From Eledone cirrhosa (Eukaryota): a DNA stretch of 64,000 nucleotides. Every line of letters begins with the position of its first letter. Position 1 is the first letter of the stretch. Shown here one piece after another: positions 15,001 to 29,398 of the stretch. Where the stretch lies: the NCBI GenBank assembly GCA_964016885.1, contig OZ024741.1, forward strand, positions 398,226,001 to 398,290,000. The letters run 5' to 3'. The notes under the pieces were generated by a model. It worked only from the letters and a program-made list of their open reading frames with translations, had not been told where the DNA came from and made no database searches. The translations under genes and the position numbers were made by a program.

Positions 15001-18000
15001 GAATGGCAGTGTGTTTTTATAGCAATACTAGAACAAAAGGGTTAATATTACAGAATGGCAGTGTGTTTTTATAGCAATACTAGAACAAAAGGGTTAATAT
15101 TACAGAATGGCAGTGTGTCTCCTTCGCAATACTGGAACAAAAGGGTTAATATTACAGAATGACAGTATGTCTCCTTAGCAATACTGGAACAAAAGGGTTA
15201 ATATTACAGAATGACAGTGTGTCTCCTTAGCAATACTAGAACAAAAGGGTTAATATTACAGAATGACAGTGTGTCTCTTTAACAATACTGGAACAAAAGG
15301 GTTAATATTACAGAATGACAGTGTGTCTCCTTAGCAATACTAGAACAAAAGGGTTAATATTACAGAATGACAGTGTGTCTCTTTAACAATACTGGAACAA
15401 AAGGGTTAATATTACAGAATGAAAGTGTGTCTATTTAACAATACTGGAACAAAAGGGTTAATATTACAGAATGGCAGTGTGTTTTTATAGCAATACTAGA
15501 ACAAAAGGGTTAATATTACAGAATGTCAGTGTGTCTCCTTAGCAATACTGGAACAAAAGGGTTAATATTACAGAATGGCAGTGTGTCTCCTTAGCAATAC
15601 TGGAACAAAAGGGTTAATATTACAGAATGACAGTGTGTCTCCTTAGCAATACTGGAACAAAAGGGTTAATATTACAGAATGGCAGTGTGTTTTTATAGCA
15701 ATACTAGAACAAAAGGGTTAATATTACAGAATGGCAGTGTGTCTCCTTCGCAATACTGGAACAAAAGGGTTAATATTACAGAATGACAGTGTGTCTGCTT
15801 AGCAATATGGGAACAAAAGGGTTAATATTACAGAATGAAAAAGTGTCTCCTTAGCAATACTGGAACAAAAGGGTTAATATTAGAGAATGGCAGTGTGTTT
15901 TTATAGCAATACTAGAACAAAAGGGTTAATATTACAGAATGGCAGTGTGTTTTTATAGCAATACTAGAACAAAAGGGTTAATATTACAGAATGGCAGTGT
16001 GTCTCCTTCGCAATACTGGAACAAAAGGGTTAATATTACAGAATGACAGTATGTCTCCTTAGCAATACTGGAACAAAAGGGTTAATATTACAGAATGACA
16101 GTGTGTCTCCTTAGCAATACTAGAACAAAAGGGTTAATATTACAGAATGACAGTGTGTCTCTTTAACAATACTGGAACAAAAGGGTTAATATTACAGAAT
16201 GACAGTGTGTCTCCTTAGCTATACTGGAACAAAAGGGTTAATATTACAGAATGACAGTGTTTCCTTAGCAATACTGGAACAAAAGGGTTAATATTACAAA
16301 ATGACAGTGTGTCTCCTTAGCAATACTGGAACAAAAGGGTTAATATTACAGAATGACAGTGTGTTTCCTTAGCAATACTAGAACAAAAGGGTTAATATTA
16401 CAGAATGGCAGTGTGTCTCCTTAGCAATACTGGAACAAAAGGGTTAATATTACAGAATAACGGTGTGTCTCCTTAGCAATACTGGAACAAAAGGGTTAAT
16501 ATTACAGAATGATAGTGTGTCTCCTTAGCAATACTGGAACAAAAGGGTTAATATTACAGAATGACAGTGTGTCTCCTTAGCAATACTGTAACAAAAGGGT
16601 TAATATTACAGAATGACAGTGTGTCTCCTTAGCAATACTGGAACAAAAGGGTTAATATTACAGAATGGCAGTGTGTCTCCTTAGCAATACTGGAACAAAA
16701 GGGTTAATATTACAGAATGACAGTGTGTCTCCTTAGCAAAACTAGAACAAAAGGGTTAATATTACAGAATGGCAGTGTGTCTCCTTAGCAATACTGGAAC
16801 AAAAGGGTTAATATTACAGAATGTCAGTGTGTCTCCTTAGCAATACTGGAACAAAAGGGTTAATATTACAGAATGGCAGTGTGTTTTTATAGCAATACTA
16901 GAACAAAAGGGTTAATATTACAGAATGGCAGTGTGTCTCCTTCGCAATACTGGAACAAAAGGGTTAATATTACAGAATGACAGTGTGTCTGCTTAGCAAT
17001 ATGGGAACAAAAGGGTTAATATTACAGAATGAAAAAGTGTCTCCTTAGCAATACTGGAACAAAAGGGTTAATATTAGAGAATGGCAGTGTGTTTTTATAG
17101 CAATACTAGAACAAAAGGGTTAATATTACAGAATGGCAGTGTGTTTTTATAGCAATACTAGAACAAAAGGGTTAATATTACAGAATGGCAGTGTGTCTCC
17201 TTCGCAATACTGGAACAAAAGGGTTAATATTACAGAATGACAGTATGTCTCCTTAGCAATACTGGAACAAAAGGGTTAATATTACAGAATGACAGTGTGT
17301 CTCCTTAGCAATACTAGAACAAAAGGGTTAATATTACAGAATGACAGTGTGTCTCTTTAACAATACTGGAACAAAAGGGTTAATATTACAGAATGACAGT
17401 GTGTCTCCTTAGCAATACTAGAACAAAAGGGTTAATATTACAGAATGACAGTGTGTCTCTTTAACAATACTGGAACAAAAGGGTTAATATTACAGAATGA
17501 AAGTGTGTCTATTTAACAATACTGGAACAAAAGGGTTAATATTACAGAATGGCAGTGTGTTTTTATAGCAATACTAGAACAAAAGGGTTAATATTACAGA
17601 ATGTCAGTGTGTCTCCTTAGCAATACTGGAACAAAAGGGTTAATATTACAGAATGGCAGTGTGTCTCCTTAGCAATACTGGAACAAAAGGGTTAATATTA
17701 CAGAATGACAGTGTGTCTCCTTAGCAATACTGGAACAAAAGGGTTAATATTACAGAATGGCAGTGTGTTTTTATAGCAATACTAGAACAAAAGGGTTAAT
17801 ATTACAGAATGGCAGTGTGTCTCCTTCGCAATACTGGAACAAAAGGGTTAATATTACAGAATGACAGTGTGTCTGCTTAGCAATATGGGAACAAAAGGGT
17901 TAATATTACAGAATGAAAAAGTGTCTCCTTAGCAATACTGGAACAAAAGGGTTAATATTAGAGAATGGCAGTGTGTTTTTATAGCAATACTAGAACAAAA

Positions 18001-21000
18001 GGGTTAATATTACAGAATGGCAGTGTGTTTTTATAGCAATACTAGAACAAAAGGGTTAATATTACAGAATGGCAGTGTGTCTCCTTCGCAATACTTGAAC
18101 AAAAGGGTTAATATTACAGAATGACAGTATGTCTCCTTAGCAATACTGGAACAAAAGGGTTAATATTACAGAATGACAGTGTGTCTCCTTAGCAATACTA
18201 GAACAAAAGGGTTAATATTACAGAATGACAGTGTGTCTCTTTAACAATACTGGAACAAAAGGGTTAATATTACAGAATGACAGTGTGTCTCCTTAGCTAT
18301 ACTGGAACAAAAGGGTTAATATTACAGAATGACAGTGTTTCCTTAGCAATACTGGAACAAAAGGGTTAATATTACAAAATGACAGTGTGTCTCCTTAGCA
18401 ATACTGGAACAAAAGGGTTAATATTACAGAATGACAGTGTGTTTCCTTAGTAATACTAGAACAAAAGCGTTAATATTACAGAATGACAGTGTGTCTCCTT
18501 AGCAATACTAGAACAAAAGGGTTAATATTACAGAATGGCAGTGTGTCTCCTTAGCAATACTGGAACAAAAGGGTTAATATTACAGAATAACGGTGTGTCT
18601 CCTTAGCAATACTGGAACAAAAGGGTTAATATTACAGAATGATAGTGTGTCTCCTTAGCAATACTGGAACAAAAGGGTTAATATTACAGAATGACAGTGT
18701 GTCTCCTTAGCAATACTGTAACAAAAGGGTTAATATTACAGAATGACAGTGTGTCTCCTTAGCAATACTGGAACAAAAGGGTTAATATTACAGAATGGCA
18801 GTGTGTCTCCTTAGCAATACTGGAACAAAAGGGTTAATATTACAGAATGACAGTGTGTCTCCTTAGCAAAACTAGAACAAAAGGGTTAATATTACAGAAT
18901 GGCAGTGTGTCTCCTTAGCAATACTGGAACAAAAGGGTTAATATTACAGAATGGCAGTGTGTTTTTATAGCAATACTAGAACAAAAGGGTTAATATTACA
19001 GAATGGCAGTGTGTCTCCTTCGCAATACTGGACCAAAAGGGTTAATATTACAGAATGACAGTGTGTCTGCTTAGCAATATGGGAACAAAAGGGTTAATAT
19101 TACAGAATGAAAAAGTGTCTCCTTAGCAATACTGGAACAAAAGGGTTAATATTAGAGAATGGCAGTGTGTTTTTATAGCAATACTAGAACAAAAGGGTTA
19201 ATATTACAGAATGGCAGTGTGTTTTTATAGCAATACTAGAACAAAAGGGTTAATATTACAGAATGGCAGTGTGTCTCCTTCGCAATACTGGAACAAAAGG
19301 GTTAATATTACAGAATGACAGTATGTCTCCTTAGCAATACTGGAACAAAAGGGTTAATATTACAGAATGACAGTGTGTCTCCTTAGCAATACTAGAACAA
19401 AAGGGTTAATATTACAGAATGACAGTGTGTCTCTTTAACAATACTGGAACAAAAGGGTTAATATTACAGAATGACAGTGTGTCTCCTTAGCAATACTAGA
19501 ACAAAAGGGTTAATATTACAGAATGACAGTGTGTCTCTTTAACAATACTGGAACAAAAGGGTTAATATTACAGAATGAAAGTGTGTCTATTTAACAATAC
19601 TGGAACAAAAGGGTTAATATTACAGAATGGCAGTGTGTTTTTATAGCAATACTAGAACAAAAGGGTTAATATTACAGAATGTCAGTGTGTCTCCTTAGCA
19701 ATACTGGAACAAAAGGGTTAATATTACAGAATGGCAGTGTGTCTCCTTAGCAATACTGGAACAAAAGGGTTAATATTACAGAATGACAGTGTGTCTCCTT
19801 AGCAATACTGGAACAAAAGGGTTAATATTACAGAATGGCAGTGTGTTTTTATAGCAATACTAGAACAAAAGGGTTAATATTACAGAATGGCAGTGTGTCT
19901 CCTTCGCAATACTGGAACAAAAGGGTTAATATTACAGAATGACAGTGTGTCTGCTTAGCAATATGGGAACAAAAGGGTTAATATTACAGAATGAAAAAGT
20001 GTCTCCTTAGCAATACTGGAACAAAAGGGTTAATATTAGAGAATGGCAGTGTGTTTTTATAGCAATACTAGAACAAAAGGGTTAATATTACAGAATGGCA
20101 GTGTGTTTTTATAGCAATACTAGAACAAAAGGGTTAATATTACAGAATGGCAGTGTGTCTCCTTCGCAATACTGGAACAAAAGGGTTAATATTACAGAAT
20201 GACAGTATGTCTCCTTAGCAATACTGGAACAAAAGGGTTAATATTACAGAATGACAGTGTGTCTCCTTAGCAATACTAGAACAAAAGGGTTAATATTACA
20301 GAATGACAGTGTGTCTCTTTAACAATACTGGAACAAAAGGGTTAATATTACAGAATGACAGTGTGTCTCCTTAGCTATACTGGAACAAAAGGGTTAATAT
20401 TACAGAATGACAGTGTTTCCTTAGCAATACTGGAACAAAAGGGTTAATATTACAAAATGACAGTGTGTCTCCTTAGCAATACTGGAACAAAAGGGTTAAT
20501 ATTACAGAATGACAGTGTGTTTCCTTAGCAATACTAGAACAAAAGGGTTAATATTACAGAATGGCAGTGTGTCTCCTTAGCAATACTGGAACAAAAGGGT
20601 TAATATTACAGAATAACGGTGTGTCTCCTTAGCAATACTGGAACAAAAGGGTTAATATTACAGAATGATAGTGTGTCTCCTTAGCAATACTGGAACAAAA
20701 GGGTTAATATTACAGAATGACAGTGTGTCTCCTTAGCAATACTGTAACAAAAGGGTTAATATTACAGAATGACAGTGTGTCTCCTTAGCAATACTGGAAC
20801 AAAAGGGTTAATATTACAGAATGGCAGTGTGTCTCCTTAGCAATACTGGAACAAAAGGGTTAATATTACAGAATGACAGTGTGTCTCCTTAGCAAAACTA
20901 GAACAAAAGGGTTAATATTACAGAATGGCAGTGTGTCTCCTTAGCAATACTGGAACAAAAGGGTTAATATTACAGAATGTCAGTGTGTCTCCTTAGCAAT

Positions 21001-22452
21001 ACTGGAACAAAAGGGTTAATATTACAGAATGGCAGTGTGTTTTTATAGCAATACTAGAACAAAAGGGTTAATATTACAGAATGGCAGTGTGTCTCCTTCG
21101 CAATACTGGAACAAAAGGGTTAATATTACAGAATGACAGTGTGTCTGCTTAGCAATATGGGAACAAAAGGGTTAATATTACAGAATGAAAAAGTATCTCC
21201 TTAGCAATACTGGAACAAAAGGGTTAATATTAGAGAATGGCAGTGTGTTTTTATAGCAATACTAGAACAAAAGGGTTAATATTACAGAATGGCAGTGTGT
21301 TTTTATAGCAATACTAGAACAAAAGGGTTAATATTACAGAATGGCAGTGTGTCTCCTTCGCAATACTGGAACAAAAGGGTTAATATTACAGAATGACAGT
21401 ATGTCTCCTTAGCAATACTGGAACAAAAGGGTTAATATTACAGAATGACAGTGTGTCTCCTTAGCAATACTAGAACAAAAGGGTTAATATTACAGAATGA
21501 CAGTGTGTCTCTTTAACAATACTGGAACAAAAGGGTTAATATTACAGAATGACAGTGTGTCTCCTTAGCAATACTAGAACAAAAGGGTTAATATTACAGA
21601 ATGACAGTGTGTCTCTTTAACAATACTGGAACAAAAGGGTTAATATTACAGAATGAAAGTGTGTCTATTTAACAATACTGGAACAAAAGGGTTAATATTA
21701 CAGAATGGCAGTGTGTTTTTATAGCAATACTAGAACAAAAGGGTTAATATTACAGAATGTCAGTGTGTCTCCTTAGCAATACTGGAACAAAAGGGTTAAT
21801 ATTACAGAATGGCAGTGTGTCTCCTTAGCAATACTGGAACAAAAGGGTTAATATTACAGAATGACAGTGTGTCTCCTTAGCAATACTGGAACAAAAGGGT
21901 TAATATTACAGAATGGCAGTGTGTTTTTATAGCAATACTAGAACAAAAGGGTTAATATTACAGAATGGCAGTGTGTCTCCTTCGCAATACTGGAACAAAA
22001 GGGTTAATATTACAGAATGACAGTGTGTCTGCTTAGCAATATGGGAACAAAAGGGTTAATATTACAGAATGAAAAAGTGTCTCCTTAGCAATACTGGAAC
22101 AAAAGGGTTAATATTAGAGAATGGCAGTGTGTTTTTATAGCAATACTAGAACAAAAGGGTTAATATTACAGAATGGCAGTGTGTTTTTATAGCAATACTA
22201 GAACAAAAGGGTTAATATTACAGAATGGCAGTGTGTCTCCTTCGCAATACTGGAACAAAAGGGTTAATATTACAGAATGACAGTATGTCTCCTTAGCAAT
22301 ACTGGAACAAAAGGGTTAATATTACAGAATGACAGTGTGTCTCCTTAGCAATACTAGAACAAAAGGGTTAATATTACAGAATGACAGTGTGTCTCTTTAA
22401 CAATACTGGAACAAAAGGGTTAATATTACAGAATGACAGTGTGTCTCCTTAG
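12011..22452. repeat. 40-monomer HOR domain (2,078 bp), alternating as an 80-mer (4,156 bp)
   Basis: Marker TTAGCTATAC (followed by a 2-bp-deleted monomer) at 12011, 14089, 16219, 18297, 20375 and 22453. Spacings are 2078, 2130, 2078, 2078, 2078 (40x52-2; one 41x52-2). Markers GGACCAAAA (14875, 19031) and AAAAGCGTT (18467, 22623) recur at 4,156 bp. Confidence 0.88.
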
Positions 22453-22742
22453 CTATACTGGAACAAAAGGGTTAATATTACAGAATGACAGTGTTTCCTT
22501 AGCAATACTGGAACAAAAGGGTTAATATTACAAAATGACAGTGTGTCTCCTTAGCAATACTGGAACAAAAGGGTTAATATTACAGAATGACAGTGTGTTT
22601 CCTTAGTAATACTAGAACAAAAGCGTTAATATTACAGAATGACAGTGTGTCTCCTTAGCAATACTAGAACAAAAGGGTTAATATTACAGAATGGCAGTGT
22701 GTCTCCTTAGCAATACTGGAACAAAAGGGTTAATATTACAGA

Positions 22743-25700
22743 ATAACGGTGTGTCTCCTTAGCAATACTGGAACAAAAGGGTTAATATTACAGAATGATA
22801 GTGTGTCTCCTTAGCAATACTGGAACAAAAGGGTTAATATTACAGAATGACAGTGTGTCTCCTTAGCAATACTGTAACAAAAGGGTTAATATTACAGAAT
22901 GACAGTGTGTCTCCTTAGCAATACTGGAACAAAAGGGTTAATATTACAGAATGGCAGTGTGTCTCCTTAGCAATACTGGAACAAAAGGGTTAATATTACA
23001 GAATGACAGTGTGTCTCCTTAGCAAAACTAGAACAAAAGGGTTAATATTACAGAATGGCAGTGTGTCTCCTTAGCAATACTGGAACAAAAGGGTTAATAT
23101 TACAGAATGTCAGTGTGTCTCCTTAGCAATACTGGAACAAAAGGGTTAATATTACAGAATGGCAGTGTGTTTTTATAGCAATACTAGAACAAAAGGGTTA
23201 ATATTACAGAATGGCAGTGTGTCTCCTTCGTAATACTGGAACAAAAGGGTTAATATTACAGAATGGCAGTGTGTCTCCTTAGCAATACTGGAACAAAAGG
23301 GTTAATATCACAGAATGACAGTGTGTCTCCTTAGCAATACTAGAACAAAAGGGTTAATATTACAGAATGACAGTGTGTCTCTTTAACAATACTGGAACAA
23401 AAGGGTTAATATTACAGAATGACAGTGTGTCTCCTTAGCAATACTAGAACAAAAGGGTTAATATTACAGAATGGCAGCGTGTCTCCTTAGCAATACTGGA
23501 ACAAAAGGGTTAATATTACAGAATGTCAGTGTGTCTCCTTAGCAATACTGGAACAAAAGGGTTAATATTACAGAATGGCAGTGTGTTTTTATAGCAATAC
23601 TAGAACAAAAGGGTTAATATTACAGAATGGCAGTGTGTCTCCTTCGCAATACTGGAACAAAAGGGTTAATATTACAGAATGACAGTGTGTCTGCTTAGCA
23701 ATATGGGAACAAAAGGGTTAATATTACAGAATGAAAAAGTGTCTCCTTAGCAATACTGGAACAAAAGGGTTAATATTAGAGAATGGCAGTGTGTTTTTAT
23801 AGCAATACTAGAACAAAAGGGTTAATATTACAGAATGACAGTGTGTCTCTTTAACAATACTGGAACAAAAGGGTTAATATTACAGAATGACAGTGTGTCT
23901 CTTTAACAATACTGGAACAAAAGGGTTAATATTACAGAATGACAGTGTGTCTCCTTAGCAATACTAGAACAAAAGGGTTAATATTACAGAATGACAGTGT
24001 GTCTCTTTAACAATACTGGAACAAAAGGGTTAATATTACAGAATGAAAGTGTGTCTCCTTAGCAATACTGGAACAAAAGGGTTGATATTACAGAATGACA
24101 GTGTGTCTCCTTAGCAATACTAGAACAAAAGGGTTAATATTACAGAATGACAGTGTGTCTATTTAACAATACTGGAACAAAAGGGTTAATATCACAGAAT
24201 GACAGTGTGTCTCCTTAGCAATACTAGAACAAAAGGGTTAATATTACAGAATGGCAGTGTGTCTCCTTAGCAATACTGGAACAAAAGGGTTAATATTACA
24301 GAATGGCAGTGTGTTTTTATAGCAATACTAGAACAAAAGGGTTAATATTACAGAATGTCAGTGTGTCTCCTTAGCAATACTGGAACAAAAGGGTTAATAT
24401 TACAGAATGACGTTTTGTTTCCTTAGCAATACTGGAACAAAAGGGTTAATATTACAGAATGGCAGTGTGTCTCCTTAGCAATACTGGAACAAAAGGGTTA
24501 ATATTACAGAATGACAGTGTGTCTCCTTAGCAAAACTAGAACAAAAGGGTTAATATTACAGAATGGCAGTGTGTCTCCTTAGCAATACTGGAACAAAAGG
24601 GTTAATATTACAGAATGTCAGTGTGTCTCCTTAGCAATACTGGAACAAAAGGGTTAATATTACAGAATGGCAGTGTGTTTTTATAGCAATACTAGAACAA
24701 AAGGGTTAATATTACAGAATGGCAGTGTGTCTCCTTAGCAATACTGGAACAAAAGGGTTAATATCACAGAATGACAGTGTGTCTCCTTAGCAATACTAGA
24801 ACAAAAGGGTTAATATTACAGAATGACAGTGTGTCTCTTTAACAATACTGGAACAAAAGGGTTAATATTACAGAATGACAGTGTGTCTCCTTAGCAATAC
24901 TAGAACAAAAGGGTTAATATTACAGAATGGCAGTGTGTCTCCTTAGCAATACTGGAACAAAAGGGTTAATATTACAGAATGTCAGTGTGTCTCCTTAGCA
25001 ATACTGGAACAAAAGGGTTAATATTACAGAATGGCAGTGTGTTTTAATAGCCATACTAGAACAAAAGGGTTAATATTACAGAATGGCAGTGTGTCTCCTT
25101 CGCAATACTGGAACAAAAGGGTTAATATTACAGAATGACAGTGTGTCTGCTTAGCAATATGGGAACAAAAGGGTTAATATTACAGAATGAAAAAGTGTCT
25201 CCTTAGCAATACTGGAACAAAAGGGTTAATATTAGAGAATGGCAGTGTGTTTTTATAGCAATACTAGAACAAAAGGGTTAATATTACAGAATGACAGTGT
25301 GTCTCTTTAACAATACTGGAACAAAAGGGTTAATATTACAGAATGACAGTGTGTCTCTTTAACAATACTGGAACAAAAGGGTTAATATTACAGAATGACA
25401 GTGTGTCTCCTTAGCAATACTAGAACAAAAGGGTTAATATTACAGAATGACAGTGTGTCTCTTTAACAATACTGGAACAAAAGGGTTAATATTACAGAAT
25501 GAAAGTGTGTCTCCTTAGCAATACTGGAACAAAAGGGTTGATATTACAGAATGACAGTGTGTCTCCTTAGCAATACTAGAACAAAAGGGTTAATATTACA
25601 GAATGACAGTGTGTCTATTTAACAATACTGGAACAAAAGGGTTAATATCACAGAATGACAGTGTGTCTCCTTAGCAATACTAGAACAAAAGGGTTAATAT

Positions 25701-28700
25701 TACATAATGGCAGTGTGTCTCCTTAGCAATACTGGAACAAAAGGGTTAATATTACAGAATGGCAGTGTGTTTTTATAGCAATACTAGAACAAAAGGGTTA
25801 ATATTACAGAATGTCAGTGTGTCTCCTTAGCAATACTGGAACAAAAGGGTTAATATTACAGAATGACGTTTTGTTTCCTTAGCAATACTGGAACAAAAGG
25901 GTTAATATTACAGAATGGCAGTGTGTCTCCTTAGCAATACTGGAACAAAAGGGTTAATATTACAGAATGACAGTGTGTCTCCTTAGCAAAACTAGAACAA
26001 AAGGGTTAATATTACAGAATGGCAGTGTGTCTCCTTAGCAATACTGGAACAAAAGGGTTAATATTACAGAATAACGGTGTGTCTCCTTAGCAATACTGGA
26101 ACAAAAGGGTTAATATTACAGAATGATAGTGTGTCTCCTTAGCAATACTGGAACAAAAGGGTTAATATTACAGAATGACAGTGTGTCTCCTTAGCAATAC
26201 TGTAACAAAAGGGTTAATATTACAGAATGACAGTGTGTCTCCTTAGCAATACTGGAACAAAAGGGTTAATATTACAGAATGGCAGTGTGTCTCCTTAGCA
26301 ATACTGGAACAAAAGGGTTAATATTACAGAATGACAGTGTGTCTCCTTAGCAAAACTAGAACAAAAGGGTTAATATTACAGAATGGCAGTGTGTCTCCTT
26401 AGCAATACTGGAACAAAAGGGTTAATATTACAGAATGTCAGTGTGTCTCCTTAGCAATACTGGAACAAAAGGGTTAATATTACAGAATGGCAGTGTGTTT
26501 TTATAGCAATACTAGAACAAAAGGGTTAATATTACAGAATGGCAGTGTGTCTCCTTCGTAATACTGGAACAAAAGGGTTAATATTACAGAATGGCAGTGT
26601 GTCTCCTTAGCAATACTGGAACAAAAGGGTTAATATCACAGAATGACAGTGTGTCTCCTTAGCAATACTAGAACAAAAGGGTTAATATTACAGAATGACA
26701 GTGTGTCTCTTTAACAATACTGGAACAAAAGGGTTAATATTACAGAATGACAGTGTGTCTCCTTAGCAATACTAGAACAAAAGGGTTAATATTACAGAAT
26801 GGCAGCGTGTCTCCTTAGCAATACTGGAACAAAAGGGTTAATATTACAGAATGTCAGTGTGTCTCCTTAGCAATACTGGAACAAAAGGGTTAATATTACA
26901 GAATGGCAGTGTGTTTTTATAGCAATACTAGAACAAAAGGGTTAATATTACAGAATGGCAGTGTGTCTCCTTCGCAATACTGGAACAAAAGGGTTAATAT
27001 TACAGAATGACAGTGTGTCTGCTTAGCAATATGGGAACAAAAGGGTTAATATTACAGAATGAAAAAGTGTCTCCTTAGCAATACTGGAACAAAAGGGTTA
27101 ATATTAGAGAATGGCAGTGTGTTTTTATAGCAATACTAGAACAAAAGGGTTAATATTACAGAATGACAGTGTGTCTCTTTAACAATACTGGAACAAAAGG
27201 GTTAATATTACAGAATGACAGTGTGTCTCTTTAACAATACTGGAACAAAAGGGTTAATATTACAGAATGACAGTGTGTCTCCTTAGCAATACTAGAACAA
27301 AAGGGTTAATATTACAGAATGACAGTGTGTCTCTTTAACAATACTGGAACAAAAGGGTTAATATTACAGAATGAAAGTGTGTCTCCTTAGCAATACTGGA
27401 ACAAAAGGGTTGATATTACAGAATGACAGTGTGTCTCCTTAGCAATACTAGAACAAAAGGGTTAATATTACAGAATGACAGTGTGTCTATTTAACAATAC
27501 TGGAACAAAAGGGTTAATATCACAGAATGACAGTGTGTCTCCTTAGCAATACTAGAACAAAAGGGTTAATATTACAGAATGGCAGTGTGTCTCCTTAGCA
27601 ATACTGGAACAAAAGGGTTAATATTACAGAATGGCAGTGTGTTTTTATAGCAATACTAGAACAAAAGGGTTAATATTACAGAATGTCAGTGTGTCTCCTT
27701 AGCAATACTGGAACAAAAGGGTTAATATTACAGAATGACGTTTTGTTTCCTTAGCAATACTGGAACAAAAGGGTTAATATTACAGAATGGCAGTGTGTCT
27801 CCTTAGCAATACTGGAACAAAAGGGTTAATATTACAGAATGACAGTGTGTCTCCTTAGCAAAACTAGAACAAAAGGGTTAATATTACAGAATGGCAGTGT
27901 GTCTCCTTAGCAATACTGGAACAAAAGGGTTAATATTACAGAATGTCAGTGTGTCTCCTTAGCAATACTGGAACAAAAGGGTTAATATTACAGAATGGCA
28001 GTGTGTTTTTATAGCAATACTAGAACAAAAGGGTTAATATTACAGAATGGCAGTGTGTCTCCTTAGCAATACTGGAACAAAAGGGTTAATATCACAGAAT
28101 GACAGTGTGTCTCCTTAGCAATACTAGAACAAAAGGGTTAATATTACAGAATGACAGTGTGTCTCTTTAACAATACTGGAACAAAAGGGTTAATATTACA
28201 GAATGACAGTGTGTCTCCTTAGCAATACTAGAACAAAAGGGTTAATATTACAGAATGGCAGTGTGTCTCCTTAGCAATACTGGAACAAAAGGGTTAATAT
28301 TACAGAATGTCAGTGTGTCTCCTTAGCAATACTGGAACAAAAGGGTTAATATTACAGAATGGCAGTGTGTTTTAATAGCCATACTAGAACAAAAGGGTTA
28401 ATATTACAGAATGGCAGTGTGTCTCCTTCGCAATACTGGAACAAAAGGGTTAATATTACAGAATGACAGTGTGTCTGCTTAGCAATATGGGAACAAAAGG
28501 GTTAATATTACAGAATGAAAAAGTGTCTCCTTAGCAATACTGGAACAAAAGGGTTAATATTAGAGAATGGCAGTGTGTTTTTATAGCAATACTAGAACAA
28601 AAGGGTTAATATTACAGAATGACAGTGTGTCTCTTTAACAATACTGGAACAAAAGGGTTAATATTACAGAATGACAGTGTGTCTCTTTAACAATACTGGA

Positions 28701-29398
28701 ACAAAAGGGTTAATATTACAGAATGACAGTGTGTCTCCTTAGCAATACTAGAACAAAAGGGTTAATATTACAGAATGACAGTGTGTCTCTTTAACAATAC
28801 TGGAACAAAAGGGTTAATATTACAGAATGAAAGTGTGTCTCCTTAGCAATACTGGAACAAAAGGGTTGATATTACAGAATGACAGTGTGTCTCCTTAGCA
28901 ATACTAGAACAAAAGGGTTAATATTACAGAATGACAGTGTGTCTATTTAACAATACTGGAACAAAAGGGTTAATATCACAGAATGACAGTGTGTCTCCTT
29001 AGCAATACTAGAACAAAAGGGTTAATATTACATAATGGCAGTGTGTCTCCTTAGCAATACTGGAACAAAAGGGTTAATATTACAGAATGGCAGTGTGTTT
29101 TTATAGCAATACTAGAACAAAAGGGTTAATATTACAGAATGTCAGTGTGTCTCCTTAGCAATACTGGAACAAAAGGGTTAATATTACAGAATGACGTTTT
29201 GTTTCCTTAGCAATACTGGAACAAAAGGGTTAATATTACAGAATGGCAGTGTGTCTCCTTAGCAATACTGGAACAAAAGGGTTAATATTACAGAATGACA
29301 GTGTGTCTCCTTAGCAAAACTAGAACAAAAGGGTTAATATTACAGAATGGCAGTGTGTCTCCTTAGCAATACTGGAACAAAAGGGTTAATATTACAGA
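22743..29398. repeat. Tandem 64-monomer (3,328 bp) duplication containing internal 28-monomer (1,456 bp) repeats; boundaries approximate
   Basis: ATAACGG at 22743/26071, TTTAATAGCC at 25051/28379 and CGTTTTG at 24411/27739 are all 3,328 bp apart. CGTTTTG pairs 24411/25867 and 27739/29195 are 1,456 bp apart. Confidence 0.85.
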
